This document shows, piece after piece, positions 54,083-64,000 of a DNA stretch of 64,000 nt (positions are counted from its first letter, which is position 1; every line of letters starts with the position of its first letter). Location of the stretch: the IMG/VR virus record IMGVR_UViG_3300013114_000583, positions 32,001 to 96,000 of that record; one strand, written 5' to 3'. The position numbers were made by a program, and so were the translations under genes. Source of the DNA: a virus. The notes under the pieces were generated by a model, which was not told where the DNA came from, made no database searches, and was given only the letters and a program-made list of their open reading frames with translations.

Positions 54083-54829
54083 TCAGCTTCCTAAAAGTTC
54101 GTCGAAGGCAGCTTCAACAGAATTCTCTGTTGTCGGAGCATTATTGTACTTGTCCGTCTCTATCTTTCCTTCTCCTTCGTTTAAGAAAGTTTCTAAAATT
54201 GAAGAAACTTCTTCCGTAGTTTTTCGTTCAAACAATTGTTCAAAATCGGGAACACTCTCCAGCAATTCGGCACATTTATCATCACCGCCAATGGCGTCAT
54301 CACAAAGAACAGATTTGCGAGGACGGGGACGAATATCTGTCGTAGGGTAAGATGCACCAGAGTTCTTCTCATATAGTACCTTAAGGTCGTTTCCCTCATC
54401 AGCGTCAGTGATATCCCCGTAATCCGGATCCAAAACAATATTTAAGAGTTTTTGATATGCCATTTTTCCATATCCCCAGACTTTAACACCCTCCGCTTCA
54501 TTCCCTCTAACCAAAATCGGAGAGAAAAATCTCTGCTTCGCAAACAAAGACTTGGCCATGCGCCGACTATCTTCCGACGAGTCGGACCATAGCTTATTTG
54601 CGAAATCGCAAACGGGACATGAGTCTCCAAAATTCCTCTTTGGGCACAAAAACCCAGATGTCCCCACGTTATAGTGAAAAAACTTTTCTTTAAAAGGATC
54701 CCCATCTGAGGTTGGAATTATTCTTACGTTGTTTTCCCCTTCTTCAGGTCTCCAAAAGTCCTTGTTCTTTCTGTCAGCACCGTTTAACCGATCCAACTTT
54801 TGTTTCATTTTATCTAAATTTAAAGCCAT
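54083..54829 (-). CDS. single-stranded DNA-binding protein, gp32-like
   Basis: FWRP, VRIIP, H..C..CPVC Zn site, DITD..G.D, acidic tail AFDELL. Confidence 0.88.
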   Translation of the reverse strand: MALNLDKMKQKLDRLNGADRKNKDFWRPEEGENNVRIIPTSDGDPFKEKFFHYNVGTSGFLCPKRNFGDSCPVCDFANKLWSDSSEDSRRMAKSLFAKQRFFSPILVRGNEAEGVKVWGYGKMAYQKLLNIVLDPDYGDITDADEGNDLKVLYEKNSGASYPTTDIRPRPRKSVLCDDAIGGDDKCAELLESVPDFEQLFERKTTEEVSSILETFLNEGEGKIETDKYNNAPTTENSVEAAFDELLGS

Positions 54830-54881
54830 TTTATTACCTCCTAGTATGTGTTTGTTGCTTTAACTACCAAATCGCAAATTT

Positions 54882-55733
54882 TCAATTTGGCGATTCAAAT
54901 TCCAACTCCTGTATGAGAGTTGAACTCTTTAATACAATACCAAAATTTGTGTCGCCTGTCAACTCATAAATTGCACATTCAACACTTTCGGCATCGATTG
55001 ATCTTATATGTTTCTTGACTGAGCCAAATAAATCGTGGTCCTCATCAAGTACTTTTTTTACTACACCATAATAGTACATTATTTTTCGCGGCATGTCAAG
55101 ATCAAAAAACATTTTTTCTTTTTTTGTAGCCACATCAAAAATTCCAAAGGCACTGATTTTGGCAGTAGGGGCAATTTTAGAAATATTCGTATAAACTGGT
55201 GTTGTATTCTGGTAATAGTTCAACATATGGAAGGTGTAGGATATGGTATCATATATGTGTTCGTAATACTTAGTCATCGGAGCTGGGTCTGTGACTTTCT
55301 CTAAATCAACAATTGAAGTTAGATATATCCTTTCAATTTTGTTGCTTCTAGCATATTGCTGTAAAACGCCACGAACCATTCTTTCATGTATCCTTGCTTT
55401 GTAACTAAGCATAGAAGAATCAGGCTTTATATACAGAATGCTTATTTGGGTTTTTTCTTCAAGCTCTTGTAATAATCTCAATATACAAGACGTTATCATA
55501 TCTTGCCCAGATAAAACCAAAATAGTATCTTCCTCTAGTTTAGAAAAATACCTCTTTAAACTTCTATAGTTCTCCTCGTATCCCTCGGGATTTTCCTGTG
55601 TTTCCACTTTCCTTGTTTTGTACTTTCCGAATTTTTCAACATCTATTAAAAATAATTTATAAACATCAGAGTTTCTTTCATAGATGTTGGCAGAAATAAC
55701 ACACCCCGTATACCCAAGTCCAATTATATTCAT
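54882..55733 (-). CDS. divergent tubulin/FtsZ-like protein
   Basis: NIIGLGYTGC.I N-terminal loop, LIDV, ILYIKP; the GGGTGSG signature is degenerate. Confidence 0.5.
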   Translation of the reverse strand: MNIIGLGYTGCVISANIYERNSDVYKLFLIDVEKFGKYKTRKVETQENPEGYEENYRSLKRYFSKLEEDTILVLSGQDMITSCILRLLQELEEKTQISILYIKPDSSMLSYKARIHERMVRGVLQQYARSNKIERIYLTSIVDLEKVTDPAPMTKYYEHIYDTISYTFHMLNYYQNTTPVYTNISKIAPTAKISAFGIFDVATKKEKMFFDLDMPRKIMYYYGVVKKVLDEDHDLFGSVKKHIRSIDAESVECAIYELTGDTNFGIVLKSSTLIQELEFESPN

Positions 55734-56920
55734 GATACATCCTTTAAATTTAATAGATTTTTGCCCAAATGAAAACTACACAGAAATTTACCATACCTAG
55801 TCTCTTCCAGAGCTGTTTTGAATTCTTCCAGCAAACAAGCATCCTCTTTTTTACAGTCCAAAACTATAGAGTCGTGAATTGTAAATGCTAATCGGCCTTT
55901 TAGTTGTGGAATTTTACCCAAAGCATTAACGAGAGATTCTACTATCAAGTCATTTGTGGTCGACTGAATTAAGTGGTTCAAAGCCTTAAAGCCAGTTGAT
56001 GGGATATGTCGGCCAAAGTCAGTAACCACCTCGGTGCCATTCCAATACTTTTCTATTATCTTTTCCCTATCAAAAATCATATCTAATTTTTTGTCTACTT
56101 TGGAATTATCATATAACCAGGAAAAAAATCTAATTTTAGATTCGTCGCGGCTGACGCGATTTTCAAATATATGTCTTTTGTTCCATTCGTGCAAATCTTG
56201 ATCCGGCTGTTCTAATCCAGATAACGATAAAAATGTTCTCATCTCAGCTGCGTTGAAATCATAAACAACAAACAAGTCATTATTTGGAAAGATGCCCCTT
56301 CTGAGAGTTTTATCAAGAGTCAAGATAGGAAAAGACCCCGACTTTGTTGTGAAGCGCCCCGTCTTGGTGCCAAAAATGTCGTATTTTATCGTTTCATAGT
56401 CAGTAAGACGCTTAAACCTCCTAACCTTTGAAGAATGCAAATTTTTGCCAACCCATGTTGTGTCAAAATTTAAATTATAGTCTTCTATCATAAGAGAAAG
56501 AAGATGAGCCCCTTTATAAGTCTCGTACAATTTTGGACATATGTTGTAATTTTCCCAAACATAGCTTGTTATTTGATTTAAAACATCTAAGTAATCACTT
56601 AATAAAAATTCCGGAAGCAAATCATAAAAACTTACCTCATTTAAGTCCATATTTACTTTTTTACAAGACAATACGTGCGCTTTATATAAATTGTACGTTT
56701 CTTCCCACTTCTGGTTCTGTGTCTCCTTTATCAAAGATTCTATACTCCTTCCGGACGCCCGTAGCCAAGAAAACTCTACATAAGAAGATGGTTGAAAATC
56801 CTTCCAAGTTATATATCTTTGATTTGGTTCGTAGGTTACAAAGCCCTTCTTAGAAAAAAGGTTTTTTTCTCCCCCCATTAAGTCTTGGACTCTCTGGGCA
56901 ACAATTGGTTCTTTCATCAC
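55730..56920 (-). CDS. polA: short family A DNA polymerase
   Basis: TKTGRF, motif A DFNAAEMR, motif B RDESKIRFFSWLY, NHLIQST, motif C IHDS. Confidence 0.88.
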   Translation of the reverse strand: MMKEPIVAQRVQDLMGGEKNLFSKKGFVTYEPNQRYITWKDFQPSSYVEFSWLRASGRSIESLIKETQNQKWEETYNLYKAHVLSCKKVNMDLNEVSFYDLLPEFLLSDYLDVLNQITSYVWENYNICPKLYETYKGAHLLSLMIEDYNLNFDTTWVGKNLHSSKVRRFKRLTDYETIKYDIFGTKTGRFTTKSGSFPILTLDKTLRRGIFPNNDLFVVYDFNAAEMRTFLSLSGLEQPDQDLHEWNKRHIFENRVSRDESKIRFFSWLYDNSKVDKKLDMIFDREKIIEKYWNGTEVVTDFGRHIPSTGFKALNHLIQSTTNDLIVESLVNALGKIPQLKGRLAFTIHDSIVLDCKKEDACLLEEFKTALEETRYGKFLCSFHLGKNLLNLKDVS

Positions 56921-56925
56921 TTCCT

Positions 56926-58356
56926 TTATATTATAACGTCATGAATATGCGGAGGGGCCCCAGCGTAACCGTAAATAGTTTCACAATGAGGGTAACACGA
57001 GCTTTGGGCTTCTTGAACCACAAAATTAACAATTTTGTGCCTATGCTTTATCTTTGCGTGATCCGGGTGTGATACCATTAATGCCCAGCCGTTACCATAT
57101 TTATCCACCTCATATATATGATCATGGGTGCTATTAACTGTAGTGGAGCCTCGATGTGCAGGGACCGGCTTAATTTTCTTAAAAAATCTAGGATCGTGGT
57201 TCTTGGCATCGTCATTGATAAATTTTAATACAGCGAAAGGAGATCGGTTGGCCAACAAATAGCGTCCTTTCCTTGCATTGTCCTCAACCTTCATATGTAG
57301 TTTTACCTTTTGCTCTTCACTTATATTAAGTTCTGATATTCTTGTCATGTGAACATACTTTAGCCACTCTTCGCTGGATATTCCACTGCTGGCCCGAGTG
57401 ACCAACGACTCTCTAGCTTGGGTTACGGTCCTCATTCTACCATTAGGCAATTCAATCGAATGCACAATCCGCGGATGGAGCCTCCAAAATAAGTTATAAG
57501 AGTTCATAATAAATCTCAAGACAGAATTCAAATCCTCTTTGTATGCTTCATAATAATATCTATTCAAAATGTTGAAACCTGACCCAATGGTGGCGGCGTC
57601 CCCGGAAACTTCTATTTCATTCATCTTAGCAGATTTTACATCAACAATCAAGCGCCATGGGTTATTTTTATCGATAAAAAAACCCTTTTGGGCCGCAATG
57701 GTCTGCAATGCTTGAAAATCGCAATCCTCGAAAAAAGCCTCTTTTTTAAAATCTTCAGAGTTTTTAGAGTACTCAAGATTCACGATTAAGCCACTTACTT
57801 GTGGGGTCACATTAGGAAGTAATATAAAATTTGTTTTAGTGATCGGAAATTTCGTACCAAAATAATTTACAAACTTTTTATAATATTTAATCACATCTTT
57901 CAAATTCTTGATACACTTAGAATATTGCTTTAAATAAACATTCACAAAATAATTGGTTAAATTTGCAAGATGATCTTCGTACAGCTCGTCAGAAGAAACA
58001 TAGCTGCTGACAACTTGAAACTCTTCATACCCGGGCAATGGATTTATGGAACCACCCGAGTTGGCCAAAAGAAACCCATAATCTTGTTTTAATTCTTGCA
58101 AAGGCCTAGTAATGTAATACATGCATGGGACCACATTTTTATTATCTGGGATTGTCCGTAGTGTGCGAGACTGATTAACCATCGGATATATGGTGTCTAA
58201 ATTGTCATTCACCTTGCCATATAGAGAGTCCTCGTACCAAAAGTCTAACATTCTTAAAGAGTCTTCAGGCACCGCATACCTCTTGTATGAATTACGACAA
58301 TGGAACAGGTACTTCGAGGAAAGGTTATTTGTGGCTAAAAATTTAAATTCATGCAT
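56926..58356 (-). CDS. putative baseplate-region protein with His-rich C-terminal domain
   Basis: Follows the baseplate genes; GFFIDKNNPWRL; HDH/HRH/HIH tail. Confidence 0.6.
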   Translation of the reverse strand: MHEFKFLATNNLSSKYLFHCRNSYKRYAVPEDSLRMLDFWYEDSLYGKVNDNLDTIYPMVNQSRTLRTIPDNKNVVPCMYYITRPLQELKQDYGFLLANSGGSINPLPGYEEFQVVSSYVSSDELYEDHLANLTNYFVNVYLKQYSKCIKNLKDVIKYYKKFVNYFGTKFPITKTNFILLPNVTPQVSGLIVNLEYSKNSEDFKKEAFFEDCDFQALQTIAAQKGFFIDKNNPWRLIVDVKSAKMNEIEVSGDAATIGSGFNILNRYYYEAYKEDLNSVLRFIMNSYNLFWRLHPRIVHSIELPNGRMRTVTQARESLVTRASSGISSEEWLKYVHMTRISELNISEEQKVKLHMKVEDNARKGRYLLANRSPFAVLKFINDDAKNHDPRFFKKIKPVPAHRGSTTVNSTHDHIYEVDKYGNGWALMVSHPDHAKIKHRHKIVNFVVQEAQSSCYPHCETIYGYAGAPPHIHDVII

Positions 58357-58362
58357 AATTCT

Positions 58363-61300
58363 CTATCCTCGGCGGCCAATGCTTTCCGTTCCTTCGAAAA
58401 ACTTAAAAACCACCCACCGGCCGGTGGGTGACTTAACGCACTCGTAAACATAACTAGTTGGCCTTGAGGTTGAGCCGCGGCCAGTTTGATTCTCAGTTCT
58501 AGTTTCCCCCTCAATCCAGGTATCATGTCGTATATCCTCCGAACTATAAACTAAATTAAAATAAATGCGTGCGCGGCATTGAATCTGTTCGCTCTTTGGC
58601 AAAACATGTGGTTCATCATAATATTTCAAAGCAACCCGTGGATTTATTTCTTCATCCAAATAAGAAGAAGCTTTACCATTGAAAGACCTCCTAGAGCCTT
58701 CTATAAGTGAATTGTAGTCTCTTATAATTACCGGACCATAATCAGGTTCTTCATTCAAATGTCTCAAGATCTCATTCGCAAATGCTGCGGCACCGTTGGG
58801 GGAACCCCTCCCATCATCCAAGTGAGAAGGATAATCAGACACATCACCGTCGGCTAAATCTTCCATAAATTCATCGGAAGGAGTGCTCGGACCAAAAGCG
58901 ATTTCATTCGTCGTACTAGTAGTTACTGAGGGGGATCCGCTAAACATACCACTGCTTTCACCTAGGATAGAGTCCGCAATGGTTAAAGCCTCGTTTACCA
59001 TGTGGCCTTCGCCACCTTCGCCACCAAGCGGTTTTTCATAATATCCCTTCTCGCCTTCGCCTTTCTCATCCGGATTGTCTCCTGGTTTTGGTTTGTCTTC
59101 ATTCTTCTTAGACCCGTCTGGGTTTTCTGACGTTGGTGTTACCTTGGATACTGGCGGGTCGGCTGGATAAGTGATAGGGTTGTAGTCAGCAAAAACAGTC
59201 GTTGAAAATTCATTATTTTCTGTTATATTGTGAGTAACTCTTTGTACATAATAATAACCAGTAAGACCCAATTTTTGTCCATATGAACCCTTTGAGCGCG
59301 AATCACCAAGGGAAGCTATGCTGGGATTTATGTGAATATCTTGACCTGCTGACATGAACGGAAACCCATGAAGAGACATTTGCACACTATATCTGGCCTG
59401 CATGTAAGAGGCTACGGCTCCACCATCCCTCATCATATTGGCCGTTTGGACCTCTTTTAACTGAATTTTGCTAAATTGCATCTGTTTCACCAGCCCCCTA
59501 TCCTTGCCCAAAGAAAACCAAAATGTTCCGTTCTGCTCGTCCTGTTCTTTATCACCCGACTTGTTGTCAACTGGCAAATAACTGGCATATATTACCGGAT
59601 AAGTGAATAACTTGTCGTGGCCTTTTTTTCCCATACGAGGGGCTGTCATGCGCCTTGTGGAAAATTTTCCTTGCATTTGTTTGATGTTTATTACATTAGG
59701 GCCCTTTGCGACGGAAGCAAATTTATCTTGGCCGGTACTATCATTATGTGTAATCATGGTCATATTCACAGACTTGTTTAGTTCCCCAAGAGCATCACCA
59801 ATAATATCAGCGGCGCCTAAGCACTCTCCCCCAAGCGCAATGGGGATTAAATGATTCACCAAGCCTTGTTCCGAGTGTACTAGAAAATCCTTTAAAGTAA
59901 CTCTAGACTTGTTTGCTTTAATAATCATCTCATTTAAAAATCTATAAAATTGCGATAAAGCAACCGGGATTTGACCTAAATTTAATGACACTTTCTGGCC
60001 CGACAACCTATCAATAAAAATCACTGGACCAATTAAAAACCGATATTTAAATATACTTGGTGGCAACTTTGATGGATCCGACTGAACAAGACTAACAGCA
60101 GCGGCAATAATGTCTCCCAAAAACAAAAACGGTATCTCCTTAGCAGTCGAAGGCATGGATGGTTTCTTCGGGACTTTTTTGTCGGAATCGCCGGCTTTGG
60201 ACTCAGATTTGGCGCGCTCATTCGCATACCCAGCTACAGTCGTAGATCCCTCGTCTACTACTTGGTGACCTATTGCATCAAGAACCTGTTCAGTACCCAA
60301 ACCGCCAGTGTTGCCTCCTTTCTTCCACTGTTTCCAAAGATTCACATTTTTAAGTGTCAGGAAGTGCAATTTTGGTTCGAGAAGCGAGTAGAGAGCGACA
60401 ATGTCTGAGCGCGCTACATTTCTTGCAGCCTCTGTAGCGTCACTGGATCTGGAGCCTCCTTTCTTCTCTTCAGTAGGAGAGTCTGATGGGGCGGGCGGTT
60501 TTGCTTTTTGTGAATTTGCAGAAACCACTCCCGGTATTGCACCGGGAGAAGAAACAACCTCTGATGGAACTGGCCGAAATAAGTCGGCCATAAAAGAGTC
60601 CATCATTCTTTCAAGAGATACATTATATTCAATATCTAATTCTATTGTACCATCTTGCTTAAAAGACATTGTGTGATCCGTGAGTCCCATCTTGTAAACC
60701 ATCTCACAATGTTTAAGAGCCTCCATGATTGGTTTTCGAATTAACTTTACTTTATCTTTCGGAACAGACCATCCAAAAACACCTTGTAATTCAAAATATG
60801 TCGGATCGTCTATTTGAGATGTGTGATCAGATTGACCAGACGAAGGTTTTTCTACTTTTGTTTTCTTTGGGTTTATCGCGAGGTCGGCCGCGATGGCGGC
60901 ATACTCGTCATAAGCAAGAAGTGTATAATACGGCGCCGAATCTTCAGGGTGGCCATTCAAGAACGCGTCAATACTGTCTGCAAAAATTTTCATCCTTATT
61001 TGATATAAGTTAAGGGTATCTTTCGTATTTCCTATCTGAGTTATGTTGACCGACCTAATGCCGACTTCTCCAAGTCTTCCCTGGCCTGCGGCAAAAATAC
61101 GACTTAAGTCCTCTTTATGTATATGGTCTTTAAAAAGGATAGGCTTCACTTCTGGTGCCTGAGATGCCTTCTTTTTATTGTATTCGTATTTCATTCTATA
61201 TAACTGAATCCGCGGGACCAACAATGATAATTCGGCGGGAGATATGTCCATCAATTCCTTGATCATAGGGCCGTTTTCGCCCCACATCGAAGATACAACG

Positions 61301-61434
61301 CTATGAGTCGTACCGTTAACGTAAGTTACTGTGGCTCCTTTTATTTGATTTTTAAAATCAAACAACGGAGCAAGACGAGTTATAAGAGAAGACAATATAC
61401 ACTGGTCTTCATTATCTTTAGAAGTTATACTCAT
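58363..61434 (-). CDS. baseplate hub-like (gp27/late control D) protein
   Basis: YSVQMSLHGFPF..GQDIHI...LTGYYYVQRVTH.I...FSTTV; position after the LysM gene. Confidence 0.65.
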   Translation of the reverse strand: MSITSKDNEDQCILSSLITRLAPLFDFKNQIKGATVTYVNGTTHSVVSSMWGENGPMIKELMDISPAELSLLVPRIQLYRMKYEYNKKKASQAPEVKPILFKDHIHKEDLSRIFAAGQGRLGEVGIRSVNITQIGNTKDTLNLYQIRMKIFADSIDAFLNGHPEDSAPYYTLLAYDEYAAIAADLAINPKKTKVEKPSSGQSDHTSQIDDPTYFELQGVFGWSVPKDKVKLIRKPIMEALKHCEMVYKMGLTDHTMSFKQDGTIELDIEYNVSLERMMDSFMADLFRPVPSEVVSSPGAIPGVVSANSQKAKPPAPSDSPTEEKKGGSRSSDATEAARNVARSDIVALYSLLEPKLHFLTLKNVNLWKQWKKGGNTGGLGTEQVLDAIGHQVVDEGSTTVAGYANERAKSESKAGDSDKKVPKKPSMPSTAKEIPFLFLGDIIAAAVSLVQSDPSKLPPSIFKYRFLIGPVIFIDRLSGQKVSLNLGQIPVALSQFYRFLNEMIIKANKSRVTLKDFLVHSEQGLVNHLIPIALGGECLGAADIIGDALGELNKSVNMTMITHNDSTGQDKFASVAKGPNVINIKQMQGKFSTRRMTAPRMGKKGHDKLFTYPVIYASYLPVDNKSGDKEQDEQNGTFWFSLGKDRGLVKQMQFSKIQLKEVQTANMMRDGGAVASYMQARYSVQMSLHGFPFMSAGQDIHINPSIASLGDSRSKGSYGQKLGLTGYYYVQRVTHNITENNEFSTTVFADYNPITYPADPPVSKVTPTSENPDGSKKNEDKPKPGDNPDEKGEGEKGYYEKPLGGEGGEGHMVNEALTIADSILGESSGMFSGSPSVTTSTTNEIAFGPSTPSDEFMEDLADGDVSDYPSHLDDGRGSPNGAAAFANEILRHLNEEPDYGPVIIRDYNSLIEGSRRSFNGKASSYLDEEINPRVALKYYDEPHVLPKSEQIQCRARIYFNLVYSSEDIRHDTWIEGETRTENQTGRGSTSRPTSYVYECVKSPTGRWVVFKFFEGTESIGRRG

Positions 61435-61437
61435 TTA

Positions 61438-61782
61438 TTACCTCGTGTTATAATAGTAAAGCGCATCTTCGAGAGGAATAGGTATAAATACCGGGTCGCC
61501 AAGCTCAAGATGCGCATCAGTTGGTTTTTGGTTAAACCAGGCAATGAGCCACCACAAAGTATTATCATTGTAGTATGTATGGGCAAGCTTGTGAAGTCTA
61601 TCTCCCAACTTCCAAATATGAGAAAGAGTCTTTATTTTTGTATAGTCCTCTTGAGATAAATTTTTAATTTGCGGCGTTTGGTAATGGAATATAGCTTTCC
61701 TGTTTTTAGACCTTAATACATATTTATACTTTTCTTCTTCGTTGGAAAAAATCTTTGTGCCATCATATCTAGAAATTGACAT
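61438..61782 (-). CDS. baseplate LysM / tail-X / gp53-like protein
   Basis: Start MSISRY at 61782; HIWKLGDRLHKLAHTYYND..LWWLIAWFN. Confidence 0.85.
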   Translation of the reverse strand: MSISRYDGTKIFSNEEEKYKYVLRSKNRKAIFHYQTPQIKNLSQEDYTKIKTLSHIWKLGDRLHKLAHTYYNDNTLWWLIAWFNQKPTDAHLELGDPVFIPIPLEDALYYYNTR

Positions 61783-61783
61783 A

Positions 61784-62710
61784 TTATTCCTCCTCCTCCT
61801 CTCCCTCGTCCTTCCAGCCTCTATTAACCGCGGACGAATACCTATTAGTGTCGCCAATGTTTATATCTTCCACCTGGCCAGTGATGGCGGCGATACGGGC
61901 CTGTCGAATACCAGCAACAATTTTCGAATTTTGCAAATTTGGAACACCGGGGATTCGCTGTGCCAAGCCTCCGACACCATATGGCCATCGACCTGGACCT
62001 CTCCACTCGGACTTGCCACCTTCGGAACCAAATTGTATGGTGATTTCATTAGTCATTTCAGAATCCTGCCACCCCAGCGGCTTTGTGTGCAAGACTGTAA
62101 AATTGCACTTCATAGGGACATATCTCGGAAAAATCGTGCCATGGCCCATGAACACTCCGTTTTTCAGATCTGGCTTATAAGAAAATCCGTCGACTGCGGC
62201 GAGAAGGCCGGTGGCTCCGATAAGCTTATTCAACACAGGGCGAACTACTTCCTTCTCCACTTCCTTGCCATCCACAAATGATTTTTCTTTCTGCCCCATA
62301 AAAAAACCATTTCCCGCTTCATCCTCGTCGTCTGTAAAATCAACATCAACGGCCATATTGGCAAACCTTACCTTAATTAAAGGGGAGGCCTCGATGGTTG
62401 GTGCCAACTCTGAACTATAATGAGGATAAAGCATGGACATGAGAACTTCTATTTTTGCAAGATTAGCTATTGATTCCCCAAGGTCATTTGCTAAAATCCC
62501 CCAAGCCAAAGACATCTTCCTCTCTGTGTTCTTGTACGTCATGATCGGGTCAGATCGACCATAAACAGTTGTTGATGTCCAGTTTGCTTTATAATCATCC
62601 GAAAAATCTTCCAAGTAACCATCAAAAAGAACAAACTTTCCGCTGGGCACATGCGTGAATTCTATAGCAAAGTTTCGCTGTATTGTTAATCCATGATCGA
62701 CTTTCTTCAT
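61784..62710 (-). CDS. tail-tube initiator / CIS tube-like baseplate protein
   Basis: FSDDYKANW...VYGRSDP..TYKNTERKMSL...PLIKVRF. Confidence 0.75.
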   Translation of the reverse strand: MKKVDHGLTIQRNFAIEFTHVPSGKFVLFDGYLEDFSDDYKANWTSTTVYGRSDPIMTYKNTERKMSLAWGILANDLGESIANLAKIEVLMSMLYPHYSSELAPTIEASPLIKVRFANMAVDVDFTDDEDEAGNGFFMGQKEKSFVDGKEVEKEVVRPVLNKLIGATGLLAAVDGFSYKPDLKNGVFMGHGTIFPRYVPMKCNFTVLHTKPLGWQDSEMTNEITIQFGSEGGKSEWRGPGRWPYGVGGLAQRIPGVPNLQNSKIVAGIRQARIAAITGQVEDINIGDTNRYSSAVNRGWKDEGEEEEE

Positions 62711-64000
62711 CTTTTATTTACTCCGGTCGGAATGTCGCCGGACCAAACCCCGGCAACAGCGTCGGCGATTTGAACACCGTCTAGGTTAACTACAATAGGT
62801 CTGGCTTTTTTTATGGCTTCAACTAAATTATCAATTTTTTTGGAGGCGCTCGACCATGTGGTTTTAGCGGCAGACCAAGCTGTTTCGCCGGCTGAAACCG
62901 CGCTTTTGCCAATGCGCTTACCCTGTTCAGTTGCGGTTTCGCGGCCTGTTTTCTCAACAGCGTCATTTCTTGCCTCCAGCTTGGCTTTGCTTGCCTTCAA
63001 GCCTTTAATCGTCGCCGCAGAAGGAGATAGGGATTTTTCGCTTTTCAATTTTTCTGCTGATTTAATATATGCCTTAAGATCCAGGATCTGGCCAGCGATC
63101 TCTGTGCTCCTTGCTTTTAGCTTTACTATATCCGACTGTTTCAAGTCTTTGGCTTTTAGTTTTTCAGCTATCTCTCTCTGTTCCTTGACTAGCCCGGAGG
63201 TCTCATCACCCAATTTTTCGCGGGCCTTTTTGGCCAAACCTTCTCCAAAATCACCTGCGCCTCCAGAAAGGGCTTCCACGGCACCCATTACAGTACCGAC
63301 TTTACCACCTATGATTGCCTGCGCTCGTTGAAATCTAATTACCGCTGTTTTAAAAACCCCTGTTAATTCTTTTCCTGCCCCAAACTCAGTAGAGATAGAC
63401 CTCTTAAACTCTGCCACGAGCATCCTAGTTGCAGTTGCCTCCCTTTCTACCCTTTGAACTCCATATTCAAACAATCTTTTTTCAAAATCTTCTTTTGTTT
63501 CTGCGGCTGAGACGCCCTTTCCTTTGCCACGGGCAAGCCCCGCATCGAGGGCCGCTCGCTGTACTTGCGCCTTATAAGCAATTTCTGTCTCCGTTAGTTC
63601 CTGTTGTTTTAATATGTCAAGCTGAGTTTTGCCATCTCTCAACAATTTAGCAGTAGCCGCCTTGCCGTCCATTTCTTCGCGCGCTATTGCTCTTGTTGCT
63701 TTCGTGGCGGCGGTCACGCCTTTTGCAACCTCTTTACTTTGATTTGCTATAGAGGCAAGAAATTTACGTGCTGCTACCTCACTACCCAGCAGGCCGGCGA
63801 CTTGTCGTTGCAACAGTCGATTGTTTAAATCAACACCTGACTTCTTTAAAGAATTGGTTATGTATCTCTGTCTTTGTTCCGCAGTCATGCGAGTCATTGC
63901 TGCAGGGTTAAGCCGCAATCTGAAAGTGGCATTCAAAGTTGCAATTTTCGGAACCAAGTCAGTAAAAGCATCCATATTTTTACCAAATGATTCACCCAGG
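62707..64000 (-). CDS. tape measure protein, C-terminal part (starts outside window)
   Basis: Ala/Lys-rich helical sequence ending IVVNLDGVQIA; lies upstream of the baseplate genes. Confidence 0.7.
   Translation of the reverse strand, partial: LGESFGKNMDAFTDLVPKIATLNATFRLRLNPAAMTRMTAEQRQRYITNSLKKSGVDLNNRLLQRQVAGLLGSEVAARKFLASIANQSKEVAKGVTAATKATRAIAREEMDGKAATAKLLRDGKTQLDILKQQELTETEIAYKAQVQRAALDAGLARGKGKGVSAAETKEDFEKRLFEYGVQRVEREATATRMLVAEFKRSISTEFGAGKELTGVFKTAVIRFQRAQAIIGGKVGTVMGAVEALSGGAGDFGEGLAKKAREKLGDETSGLVKEQREIAEKLKAKDLKQSDIVKLKARSTEIAGQILDLKAYIKSAEKLKSEKSLSPSAATIKGLKASKAKLEARNDAVEKTGRETATEQGKRIGKSAVSAGETAWSAAKTTWSSASKKIDNLVEAIKKARPIVVNLDGVQIADAVAGVWSGDIPTGVNKR

Noticed and set aside
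54882-55733. Claim of a nucleus-forming phage
   Set aside because: The tubulin call is weak, and no chimallin or phage multisubunit RNA polymerase is seen here.
498-63650. Plus-strand ORFs in the track (e.g. 810..1406, 8498..8983, 19759..20406, 61742..62281, 62813..63331)
   Set aside because: They are antisense shadows of well-supported minus-strand genes, with no recognisable motifs.
1-64000. Stop-codon reassignment
   Set aside because: Core genes are full length in the standard code, and TAA, TAG and TGA all serve as stops.

Overview
A 64-kb segment of a large tailed-phage genome (myovirus-like, probably jumbo). Essentially all credible genes are on the minus strand and use the standard code. 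A myxobacterial-type surface lipoprotein hints at a Myxococcota or other deltaproteobacterial host (inference). Layout by coordinate: (1) 1-2.3 kb, small putative head-associated proteins sharing an N-terminal leader; (2) 2.35-3.5 kb, a largely non-coding, palindrome-rich, G-tract region that may be a terminus, origin or injection-control locus; (3) 3-10 kb, early-type genes with sigma70 promoters, a ~650-700 nt strongly structured non-coding transcript (~6140-6834), and hsp20 with a ROSE-like thermometer; (4) 10-30 kb, an accessory region with about 40 divergent 55-90 aa 'MKVGDLV' SH3/KOW-like mini-proteins, mostly chained by a conserved 14-nt start/stop junction, plus 4 tRNAs, MazG-like, SlyD-like, fatty-acid hydroxylase, MoxR/VWA and lysis genes; (5) 30-57 kb, chaperones, nucleotide metabolism and replication (GroEL, GroES, ClpP, GuaB, dUTPase, DnaE, ThyX, NrdJ, helicase, 5'-3' exonuclease, RecA, gp32-like SSB, degenerate tubulin-like protein, short PolA); (6) 57-64 kb, baseplate/tail genes and the tape-measure C-terminus. 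The two best candidates for new biology are the mini-protein cassette array and the large structured RNA with duplicated loop-E modules. All protein calls come from motifs recognised by eye; no searches were run.
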